This document shows, in pieces, positions 8,150 to 16,479 of a stretch of 30,923 nt of DNA. Each line of letters begins with the position of its first letter. Position 1 is the first letter of the stretch. Below the pieces are notes generated by a model. It did no database searches. It worked only from the letters and a program-made list of their open reading frames with translations, and was not told the DNA's origin. Position numbers and translations under genes: made by a program. The stretch spans positions 14,622 through 45,544 of the forward strand of contig CAYYQL010000018.1 of NCBI GenBank assembly GCA_964473825.1, read 5' to 3'. This DNA comes from an uncultured archaeon (GTDB lineage Archaea; Asgardarchaeota; Thorarchaeia; Thorarchaeales; Thorarchaeaceae).

Positions 8150-8470
8150 ATGACCATCAAGGCATCCAAGTGCAGTCAGTGTGGGCGGTTTGTGATACCT
8201 CCGCGGGAGATTTGTCCCTATTGTAGGAGTACTGGTTCCGACATTCTGACGGTACAGGTTTCTTCTCGCGGCATAATCGATAGCTACACAGTCTTGCATA
8301 TGCCACCAGAGGGGTTTACTCCTCCGTTACTTCTGGCACTAGTGCGGCTAGAGGTAGGTGCGTCGATTCTATGCCTGGGTGAAACTGACATTTCAGATAG
8401 CGTGGCAATAGGCACTCCTGTTTCTGTTGAAGCCGACGAGGAAGAACGGTTTCGATTCAAGACAATATGA
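8150..8470 (+). CDS. DUF35/ChsH2-like Zn-ribbon + OB-fold protein
   Basis: KCSQCGRFVIPPREICPYC rubredoxin-like ribbon, then GIIDSYTVLH..PEGF..PLLLALVRL OB fold; probable start ATG 8150. Confidence 0.9.
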   Translation: MTIKASKCSQCGRFVIPPREICPYCRSTGSDILTVQVSSRGIIDSYTVLHMPPEGFTPPLLLALVRLEVGASILCLGETDISDSVAIGTPVSVEADEEERFRFKTI

Positions 8471-8580
8471 CCTGATCAACTCTGTTTTCAGTTACTGATG
8501 ACCGATTTCTCACTGTTTCCTGAAAGCGCATAGGTATTGATTTAAGGAGTGATGCCTAACGCCCGCGCAAGTGGATTGAC

Positions 8581-9747
8581 ATGACTGCTCATTTGAGTGA
8601 CGTTCTATGGACAGAGGATGAGATAGATTTTCGCGAGGAAGTGCGCGGCTTCTGTCAGAAAGAGATTGCACCAATCGCTGATGAGATTGACCACGGTCCC
8701 TATCCGCGGGAGCTTCTTCGGAAGATTGGAGAGGCTGGATACATGGGTGTGCTCCACGAGAAAGAGCTTGGCGGGTCGGAACGAGGGAACTCGTTTGAGA
8801 TTATTGTGGCTGAAGAAATATCCGCTGTGAACGGGGGTCTAGACATGGCTCGTATGGCCTCTACGACTCTCTACGGAATGCCAGTCAGCAAGTTTGGCAC
8901 AAAGGAACAGAAGGAAGAGTACCTCAAACCCATCATAACAGGGGAGAAGATCGGCTGTATCGGGATTACTGAACCCAATGTGGGATCAGACACCGCTGGT
9001 ATGGAAACCCAGGCCAAGAAGGATGGCGATGAGTGGGTTATCAACGGTGAGAAACGCTACATCACAAACGGAAGCCAGGCTGACTTCATGTGCTGTTTCG
9101 CAATCACTAATCCAGAAGTCAAGGCGAAAGAGGGAATGACCGCATTCATCCTCGATACCAAGGCAGATGGATTCAGCGTTGTTGAGGATCATGACCTCAT
9201 GGGAATGAAGTCTGCGAGAGTGTCACATCTGAAGCTTGAAGATGTTCGTGTGAAGCCAGAGATGGTCCTTGGTGAACCCGGTCAGGGCTTCTGGATTCTT
9301 ATGGATGAGCTTGATAGTGAGCGGACGGCTATTGCAGGTGAGGCAATAGGATACGGCCGCACTCCGTATGAAATTGCGGTTCAGTATGCTGATGAACGAG
9401 AGCAGTTCGGACGGAAAATCAGGCAGTTCGAGGGTATCAGTTTCAAGATAGCTGATATGGCCATGAAGTTAGAGGCTGGACGTGCGTTGACGCTCACAGC
9501 AGCGAGAATGCTCGATAAGGGAATGAAGGCTACCAAGCAGGCAACAATAGCCAAACTGTATACGACTGAGGCTGCCATAGAGATAACCAATGATGCTCTC
9601 CAGATTCTCGGTGGTGCCGGGTACACGACCGACTACCCGATAGAACGATTCCTTCGCGATGCGCGTCTAATGACTATCGGAGGGGGAACCGTAGAGATAC
9701 TTAGGTTTCTTATCCAACGGGAAGTTTACAAGGAGTTCTTCCCTTGA
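8581..9747 (+). CDS. Acyl-CoA dehydrogenase
   Basis: ITEPNVGSD, WVINGEKRYITNG, REQFGRKI, QILGGAGY, TIGGGTVEI motifs. Confidence 0.95.
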   Translation: MTAHLSDVLWTEDEIDFREEVRGFCQKEIAPIADEIDHGPYPRELLRKIGEAGYMGVLHEKELGGSERGNSFEIIVAEEISAVNGGLDMARMASTTLYGMPVSKFGTKEQKEEYLKPIITGEKIGCIGITEPNVGSDTAGMETQAKKDGDEWVINGEKRYITNGSQADFMCCFAITNPEVKAKEGMTAFILDTKADGFSVVEDHDLMGMKSARVSHLKLEDVRVKPEMVLGEPGQGFWILMDELDSERTAIAGEAIGYGRTPYEIAVQYADEREQFGRKIRQFEGISFKIADMAMKLEAGRALTLTAARMLDKGMKATKQATIAKLYTTEAAIEITNDALQILGGAGYTTDYPIERFLRDARLMTIGGGTVEILRFLIQREVYKEFFP

Positions 9748-9787
9748 GCATAGTAACAATGCGTTTGACAAGAAAGAGGAATATATC

Positions 9788-10339
9788 ATGACAAAGCTGG
9801 AATATCTGATGGTCTATGCGGAATCTGGTCTTCCTATCTACAGCAAGTGTTTTGGGGGATTTTGCAGAGCGGCCTTCAAGAATCCCGAAATGTTATCTGG
9901 TCTGCTCTCCGCCATAGAAACAATACCCCCAACTCTAGGGGCTGGGCTATCCTTGAACTCGATCACGATGGGGCATACCCAGATGCGGTTCTCAAAGAAG
10001 ATGCCGAGCGGCCACTCGGTCGTCATCGGACTCTCTGAGGAGGCTCCTGAGGTTGTTCAGGCTGTATTCGAGGCTGTTTCCGATGTGCTCGATATGCCCA
10101 ACTTTCGGGAAAAGGACTGGGGCACTATCACTCGCGACGAGATGGATGAATTCAAAGAAGAGCTGCTTAAACGCTCATTGGTTGACGCTCTTCATGATCA
10201 CGGCGGCTTTGAGGATGCATGCCCTCTGGGCGACCAATGCCCGATGCATACCGATGCAGTGATGTCTCGCAGAGAAACGATCTGGAATTCAATGAAAGCG
10301 AAATATCGCGCTCTCAGAGAGAAGATGTCCCGGAAATAG
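9788..10339 (+). CDS. Longin-like domain protein with Cys/His-rich C-terminal motif
   Basis: N-terminal LEYLMVYAESGLPIYS and LSGLLSAI helix are typical of longin-like domains; CFGGFC and CPLGDQCPMH motifs. Confidence 0.7.
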   Translation: MTKLEYLMVYAESGLPIYSKCFGGFCRAAFKNPEMLSGLLSAIETIPPTLGAGLSLNSITMGHTQMRFSKKMPSGHSVVIGLSEEAPEVVQAVFEAVSDVLDMPNFREKDWGTITRDEMDEFKEELLKRSLVDALHDHGGFEDACPLGDQCPMHTDAVMSRRETIWNSMKAKYRALREKMSRK

Positions 10340-10346
10340 AATGCGA

Positions 10347-10365
10347 GGGGAGGGAACCCCTCCCC
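10347..10365. terminator. GC-rich hairpin between convergent genes
   Basis: ggggaggg-aac-ccctcccc perfect 8-bp stem between the stop codons at 10339 and 10372. Confidence 0.55.
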
Positions 10366-10371
10366 CAAAAG

Positions 10372-12162
10372 CTAGTCCTTTGCGAAGGCTACAATCCTGA
10401 AGACTCCCTCGTGTTCCTCAATGGTTGCTATGAAACTATCACCAGGTGACACGGTGAGTAGCTCGTACCAATCGGTCGTGTTCATCCAGTCTGCCATTCC
10501 CTCAATCCACTCAAAGGTCGAGTTGTCCGTTCTCAGAACGATGTGGGTGTTACCGTCCGATACATAGGATGTTACATTCAGGGCTGTTGCACTAAGGTCA
10601 AAGCGTTCGTCTTCGGTTGGAGGCTCTACAAAGCCGAGCATCTCTTCTACCTCTTCGATGTATCCTTCTCTCACGGCAGCGACGAGATCCGGATTGGAGG
10701 TTGTTCCCTTGGATTGAGTGAAGGAGAGTCCCTCCGTCTGTGCGTCCACGATGCCGAACGCGTGGAGTCTGAAGTCACTTATCTCATATGCCTCGGCATC
10801 CTCGTTGTAGGTGGAGTCATACCAGTAGACCGGGCAGTACCATGTCTGACGAATATAGGTTGAGTTGATTTGTACTGGATACAACAGTGGCATAGCTCCA
10901 AAATATGACCCGCTGACAGGTTGTGCAAACTGCTTGATCACTTCGTTGACTGCAGCCTCGCCGCTGACAAACGAAAGATTGGACATATCATAGTAATGGA
11001 TACCATCTGAAGTACCTCTCATAAGACCACTAAGAGTGAGGCTAGCTGCATCGGGTGGATGTAGCGCGACTAATGCCTCTACACGGTCCGTATCAGGGTT
11101 GAGTATGTATCTGGTATCCTCTGTCATCCTAAGTCTATCTCTTGACGCTTGGATGAACCACAAGAACCCTCCGGCGAAGAGGTCGAATCCGTCGTCCCTT
11201 CTATATCCGCCCCAGCGGTTTATCTGACGCTCCAACCATTCCTCAGAATATGCCTGTGTTATCCAGTCGGGTGTTTCTGCTAGAGTTGCGTATGTTCTCA
11301 CTGTACCATTCTGACAGTAGACCTTTGGTCCCAAGGGGCGCTCGATAAAATCCCAGCCAAGTTGTGTACGTGTCTGTACATAGACCAGATTGTTAGCAGG
11401 ATCCCAGGTGGGGTAGGCATACTCGTACGCAGATGTCATGTCTTCGAGGTAGTTACCAAACTGAATGTTTCGATCCCAGAAGAGCCCCTCACCTACAGGT
11501 ATCTGTACGTCTGTGATGACTTCAACCAAACTTGGATTGTTTGCATCTACTACGATAAAGCCTTGGATGAAGTTCTCTGAAAGGACGTTAGTGGACACGA
11601 CTATACAAACCCACACGAGCCGCCCGGCACGGGTTGTAATGTGCGAAGCAGCAATCTCAACATTTGAGCCTATCGATGACAGAAACTTCCTTGCAACAAA
11701 TGAAGCATAGAGCGAAGTCACGAGGCGAACTCGATCATCAGGTATTGGGTTGTTGAACAGCATTCCTTCTTCTTCGGTGATGAACTCGTTTACTGTCTGT
11801 GCATTGGCAACATCTGATGTCCAAGTTATGACCCCAGTGAAGGCTGGAATGACCAGTACAATGATGAAACCCATGCACACAAATGGCAGCCTTAGCCCTT
11901 CCATAAGATCCTCGACTCGTCCTCCCGGACGGAAACCGCCTGAGAAAATCATGAGCACTCCAAAGCTCATGAGAAGACCGATGGTGGCCCAGGGCAGCGC
12001 CATCATGGAGAAGATGCAGATTATCACCCATGCGACAGTCCCCCATATCAATCGTAGAGGCAACCACCGAATAAGTGCTCGTGCTCTCAGCATTCCGGGT
12101 CTATATGGCAGAGGGATTGCGTGCACTAGTATTGAAATCAAGAGGAACAACATCACATTCAT
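10372..12162 (-). CDS. Uncharacterised membrane-anchored protein (N-terminal TM helices, large extracytoplasmic domain)
   Basis: 596 aa; AGGTGA SD; 3-4 hydrophobic helices in the first ~115 aa, then a beta-rich domain with N-glycosylation sequons. Confidence 0.8.
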   Translation of the reverse strand: MNVMLFLLISILVHAIPLPYRPGMLRARALIRWLPLRLIWGTVAWVIICIFSMMALPWATIGLLMSFGVLMIFSGGFRPGGRVEDLMEGLRLPFVCMGFIIVLVIPAFTGVITWTSDVANAQTVNEFITEEEGMLFNNPIPDDRVRLVTSLYASFVARKFLSSIGSNVEIAASHITTRAGRLVWVCIVVSTNVLSENFIQGFIVVDANNPSLVEVITDVQIPVGEGLFWDRNIQFGNYLEDMTSAYEYAYPTWDPANNLVYVQTRTQLGWDFIERPLGPKVYCQNGTVRTYATLAETPDWITQAYSEEWLERQINRWGGYRRDDGFDLFAGGFLWFIQASRDRLRMTEDTRYILNPDTDRVEALVALHPPDAASLTLSGLMRGTSDGIHYYDMSNLSFVSGEAAVNEVIKQFAQPVSGSYFGAMPLLYPVQINSTYIRQTWYCPVYWYDSTYNEDAEAYEISDFRLHAFGIVDAQTEGLSFTQSKGTTSNPDLVAAVREGYIEEVEEMLGFVEPPTEDERFDLSATALNVTSYVSDGNTHIVLRTDNSTFEWIEGMADWMNTTDWYELLTVSPGDSFIATIEEHEGVFRIVAFAKD

Positions 12163-12204
12163 TCTTTATCACCTATGGCAGTTGACCTGTTTCCGCATAG
12201 GCTT

Positions 12205-12720
12205 TTAGTGTTTTCTTCCCATCTCTTTTCGATACCTCGCTACAGCTCCTCCCTCGTTAATCAGGTCAAGCATATATTGTGGGATTGGATCCGCATTGAA
12301 CGTCTTGTTTTCAGTCTGATCCACTATTTTCCCCTTGATGAGGTCAACTGAGAGCATATCACCATCTACTATCTTTGATGTTGCATTCTCAAGAATGATG
12401 ACCGGTAGGCCAATATTGAATGAATTCCGGTAGAATAGTCGAGAAACGGACTCTGCGACTACGCACCTAACACCGAGTGTATGGAGTACTTGAGGTGCTT
12501 CCTCACGGGAAGAGCCTCCGCCGAAGTTACGTCCTGCGACTACTACATCGCCTTCTTCAACTCTCTTCGCAAAGTCCCCGCGAAGCCCCTCGAGAGCATG
12601 CTGAGCCATCTTCTCGTAGCCGAGAAGTGTAAGATATCGTCCTGGCACAATCTGGTCCGTATCAACATCGTCACCTAGGAGCCATGCTCTGCCTTCTATT
12701 TTTGTTAATCCTTCTGCCAT
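12205..12720 (-). CDS. leuD: 3-isopropylmalate dehydratase/homoaconitase family small subunit
   Basis: GDDVDTDQIVPGRYL, AGRNFGGGSSREEA, LFYRNSFNIGLP. Confidence 0.9.
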   Translation of the reverse strand: MAEGLTKIEGRAWLLGDDVDTDQIVPGRYLTLLGYEKMAQHALEGLRGDFAKRVEEGDVVVAGRNFGGGSSREEAPQVLHTLGVRCVVAESVSRLFYRNSFNIGLPVIILENATSKIVDGDMLSVDLIKGKIVDQTENKTFNADPIPQYMLDLINEGGAVARYRKEMGRKH

Positions 12721-12723
12721 AGT

Positions 12724-13989
12724 CTAGGCCTCCCGGGGGTCCGATATTCTTCCCTTCAGTGCACTTGCGGCAACGGTTGCAGGCGATGCCAAGTACACTT
12801 GTGAGTCCGGATGTCCCATCCTTCCCCTGAAGTTGCGATTCGTTGATGACACACACACCTCTCCCTTCCCCAAGACACCAAGATGGCCTCCTACACATGC
12901 GCCACATGTGGGATTGGTGATGACAGCCCCGGCCCTCACAAGAGTCTCAATGATGCCTTCATCAAGAGCGGCTAAGTATGTAATCCTACTTGCCGGAGTG
13001 ACTACTAAACGAATATCGGGATGAATGTGTTTGCCTTTCAATATCCTTGCCGCAGCTCTCAAATCCTCGATTCTTCCGTTAGTACATGATCCGATGAACG
13101 CCTGGTCGAACTCGACACCCTCTGCTTCAGAAACGGGCTTGCCGTTTGCTGGACTGTGAGGAAATGCTACCATGGGTTCCAAGGGTTCGTGAGTGAAATC
13201 GTATTCCAAAGAGTCAAGATACTCTGCGCCGTCATCAGGGTATACGGGTTTCCAAGACAAACTTGGTGTGGTTGTTTCGAGCCACATTCTGACTGCGTCG
13301 TTTACTGTCATCAGGCCGGTCTTTGCACCTGCTTCAACAGTCATATTGCAGATGGTCATCCGAGAAGCAACGGACATTCTATCGATTGTAGGCCCGTGAA
13401 ACTCCATCGACATGTAGTTGGCTCCATCAGCACCAATGTCTTTGATGATTTTGAGTATCAAATCCTTGCTCATTACCGACGGACCCAATTCGCCTTGGAC
13501 ATCTACTCTCATGGACTGGGGAACTCGGAACCAGTTCTTCCCCGTTGCCAGTATTATGGCACTGTCGGTAGCAGCTAGACCGGTTGAGAATGCATTGAAT
13601 GCGCCGTAGGTTGTTGAGTGCGAGTCAGACCCAATTACGAAATCGCCAGGTTTGACCAATCCCAGCTCGGGCAATACCTGATGGCAGATACCACATTCGA
13701 TGTCACAGAAGTGTTCGATACCCTGTTCTTTGACAAACTCACGGTTCCGTCTGTGGATCTCTGCACTCTGCGGATCCTTGGCAGGTGCCCAGTGGTCATT
13801 GACAACGAGAATCCTCTGTGGATCCCAGACTCTCTCAAGCCCCATCTCTTCTAGAATCGGGAGGATTCTTGAGCCTAGCACTTCATGGGTCATGAGCAGG
13901 TCGACTTCGGCCTCAATGATTTCTCCTGCTGTTGCCTTTCCCTCCGTCGAGTGACTTGCAAGAATCTTCTCAGCAAGAGTCTTCCCCAT
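12724..13989 (-). CDS. leuC: 3-isopropylmalate dehydratase/homoaconitase family large subunit
   Basis: KTLAEKIL, GICHQV, GSDSHSTTYGA, GSCTNGR, CGACVG (three Fe-S Cys), STNRNFRGRMG. Confidence 0.92.
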   Translation of the reverse strand: MGKTLAEKILASHSTEGKATAGEIIEAEVDLLMTHEVLGSRILPILEEMGLERVWDPQRILVVNDHWAPAKDPQSAEIHRRNREFVKEQGIEHFCDIECGICHQVLPELGLVKPGDFVIGSDSHSTTYGAFNAFSTGLAATDSAIILATGKNWFRVPQSMRVDVQGELGPSVMSKDLILKIIKDIGADGANYMSMEFHGPTIDRMSVASRMTICNMTVEAGAKTGLMTVNDAVRMWLETTTPSLSWKPVYPDDGAEYLDSLEYDFTHEPLEPMVAFPHSPANGKPVSEAEGVEFDQAFIGSCTNGRIEDLRAAARILKGKHIHPDIRLVVTPASRITYLAALDEGIIETLVRAGAVITNPTCGACVGGHLGVLGKGEVCVSSTNRNFRGRMGHPDSQVYLASPATVAASALKGRISDPREA

Positions 13990-13992
13990 CAA

Positions 13993-15153
13993 TCATTCCC
14001 CCTGAATGGCTTGCCTGGCCCTCTTAGCAGTCTCCGTGCCGACCTCCTGCGTTGATGAGGGATCGACTTCAGCCCACCTGTCGCGACAGATATCAAAGGT
14101 TCTGACTTCACCCTCTCGAAGAATTCGTGTAACTCCTTGTCTGATGGCTTCTGCTCCAGAAGTGCATCTGGGATCCGCATGTCTTTCACCCAGCCAGTCG
14201 AGGAGCATCGCCGCCGACAAAACCGCAGCAATGGGATTTGCCCTGTTTTGCCCGTAATGCTTTGGAGCAGAGCCGTGAACTGGCTCGAAGACTGCCTTCT
14301 CTTGTCCGATGCTTGCTGCCGGAGCCATCCCGAGCCCCCCTTGTATGGCTGCTCCTATGTCTGACACAATGTCACCGAACTCGTTCGATGTGACCACCAC
14401 ATCGTATCTTGATGGTTTTAGAATCAATCCCTGTGCAAATGCATCAACATACTGGTAGTCTTGTGCCACGTTTGGAAAGTCTTCTGCAACCTTCTCATAC
14501 ATCTTTCTAAAAAGCATGCATCCCGCAAGGAGATTACTCTTGTCCACACACGTGACTCGCTTGGCTTGGTCTGCAGGTGCTCCACTCCGCTTCTGCGACA
14601 TCTCAAATGCAAATCTGGCTACTCTTTCACTTCCTTTCTGACTAATAATCCGTACATCGATGGCTGTTTCCTGCTCTCCCCCTCTTGTGAGAGTTCCCCT
14701 GACAGGGCTATAGAGACCCTCGGTGTTCTCTCGGACTATCACAAGATCGATGTCTCTCCCCTTCCGGAGGTTAAGAGGTGAAGGAACTCCTTCATACAGC
14801 TTGACTGGCCTGACATTGGCATAGAGGTCCAAGTCGAACCTTAGTCCTAATGCAATGCTGTAGCCTGCAAGATTCCCATCTGGTAGTCTGATTGCGTTTC
14901 CATTGTCATCGATACCGCCAACAGCTCCGAAGAGTATTGCATCAGCCTTCTCTTTAACGAATCTCTCTGTTTTGTGAGACCACTCTCTACCTGTCTCAGC
15001 ATAGTACTCTCCTCCGCATTCAAAATCCTTGAATTTGAGGTATTTCGTTCCCTGCGCAGCCTGGATGTGTTCTAGCACCTTGGTTGCCTCAGGGATGACT
15101 TCTCTTCCTATCCCGTCGCCCGGCAGTACCGCGATAGTGTATTCTCTTGCCAT
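13993..15153 (-). CDS. Isocitrate/isopropylmalate/homoisocitrate dehydrogenase family protein (LeuB-like, NADP-type determinants)
   Basis: LPGDGIGREV, LYANVRP, VRENTEGLY, DKSN, NEFGDIVSD, FEPVHGSAPKH..ANP. Confidence 0.92.
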   Translation of the reverse strand: MAREYTIAVLPGDGIGREVIPEATKVLEHIQAAQGTKYLKFKDFECGGEYYAETGREWSHKTERFVKEKADAILFGAVGGIDDNGNAIRLPDGNLAGYSIALGLRFDLDLYANVRPVKLYEGVPSPLNLRKGRDIDLVIVRENTEGLYSPVRGTLTRGGEQETAIDVRIISQKGSERVARFAFEMSQKRSGAPADQAKRVTCVDKSNLLAGCMLFRKMYEKVAEDFPNVAQDYQYVDAFAQGLILKPSRYDVVVTSNEFGDIVSDIGAAIQGGLGMAPAASIGQEKAVFEPVHGSAPKHYGQNRANPIAAVLSAAMLLDWLGERHADPRCTSGAEAIRQGVTRILREGEVRTFDICRDRWAEVDPSSTQEVGTETAKRARQAIQGE

Positions 15154-15168
15154 TCGAATCCCCTGATT

Positions 15169-15525
15169 TCAAAAGCTTCCAAGCCAACCCAAGTCGACTC
15201 CCTTGTCGTCCATCAGGTTGACCATCGTATCAATGCGTTCCCCATCCACATATCGTATCTTGCAGCGTATCGTGAAGGCTCTCTTGCATTTATCGCAGCG
15301 AACCTTCCAGTCCTCAACAACAGGTTCTAGTCCCCTGCCTGTGATGGTATCAGGTCTTCGTTCAAAATCAATCAGTGATAGCTCATCACCATCACAAGCA
15401 TATGTGCACTCTTTGAGGGGGATTCCTTCCATCCCTCTTCTTCCCAGTGCAACAAAGACCTCGTCAGGCAGTTCGTCAAGGCTCCGTTCCGCCAATCTAT
15501 GCACCTTGCTCTTCATCAGCACCAT
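15169..15525 (-). CDS. Hypothetical protein with putative Zn-binding Cys pairs
   Basis: CTYAC and CDKC motifs; ends 15 nt upstream of the dehydrogenase start on the same strand. Confidence 0.75.
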   Translation of the reverse strand: MVLMKSKVHRLAERSLDELPDEVFVALGRRGMEGIPLKECTYACDGDELSLIDFERRPDTITGRGLEPVVEDWKVRCDKCKRAFTIRCKIRYVDGERIDTMVNLMDDKGVDLGWLGSF

Positions 15526-15559
15526 TACGGATAAATGAGACGGTCTTACCAGTTGCTGT

Positions 15560-16468
15560 ATGACCAGACTAGTGACCTATGCCATGGCTGACAGGAAATC
15601 GATTGGTATCCAACTGGAGGGAGGGGTACTTGATCTCCCTGAGCTTGCCTCTCTCCTGAACGTAATTCATCCGGTTCGAGGGGAGTCTTTTCCAACAGTG
15701 ATGAATGAGCTTCTTGAGTGGGACCAAGGTCTTGATGCTGTCAGAGAGATGCTGTATGGGTATACTGCTCTACCTGATGGGGGTCGTCCGTCCCTGTTAC
15801 CCCACGATGCACTCACCATCAAGGCCCCCATTGAACGTCCAGGGAAGGTGGTGGCACTTGGCCTCAACTATCGCGATCATGTAGAGGAAACAGGGCGTGA
15901 GATACCTGATTTTCCTGTCATCTTTGCGAAATTCTCTTCCTCAGTGGTTGGTCCAGATGCCCCAATTCCTCTCCCCCGGGTGAGTCAGAAGATCGATTGG
16001 GAGGTTGAGCTCGGAGTCGTGATAGGTAAACGCTGCAAAGACACATCGAAAGACGATGCTCTCGAGCATGTGGCTGGGTACACAGTCTTGAATGACGTTA
16101 GTGCAAGAGACCTACAGAGAAGCGATGGTCAATGGGTCCGAGCGAAGTCACTTGATGCCTTCTGTCCCATGGGTCCAGCGATAGTGACTTGCGACGAGCT
16201 CGGTGATGGGTCGGGTCTCGACCTGTGGACCAAAATCAATGGCAGAGTGAAGCAGTCCTCCAATACATCCAACCTGCTCTATGGTGTTACTGATATAATC
16301 CAGTACCTTTCCGCGTCGTTCACCTTAGAACCCGGCGATGTCGTCGCGACCGGCACCCCAGCAGGAGTTGGAGATGCACGAGATTCCCCAGAATACCTGC
16401 GTGAGGGGGATGTTATGGAGCTCCATATCGAAGGTATAGGAACACTGCGTAACCACATAGTTGGGTGA
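15560..16468 (+). CDS. Fumarylacetoacetate hydrolase family protein
   Basis: KVVALGLNYRDH, DWEVELGVVIG, LNDVSARDLQ, WVRAKSLDAFCPMGP, GDVVATGTPAGVG. Confidence 0.95.
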   Translation: MTRLVTYAMADRKSIGIQLEGGVLDLPELASLLNVIHPVRGESFPTVMNELLEWDQGLDAVREMLYGYTALPDGGRPSLLPHDALTIKAPIERPGKVVALGLNYRDHVEETGREIPDFPVIFAKFSSSVVGPDAPIPLPRVSQKIDWEVELGVVIGKRCKDTSKDDALEHVAGYTVLNDVSARDLQRSDGQWVRAKSLDAFCPMGPAIVTCDELGDGSGLDLWTKINGRVKQSSNTSNLLYGVTDIIQYLSASFTLEPGDVVATGTPAGVGDARDSPEYLREGDVMELHIEGIGTLRNHIVG

Positions 16469-16479
16469 AGCGAATGGCT

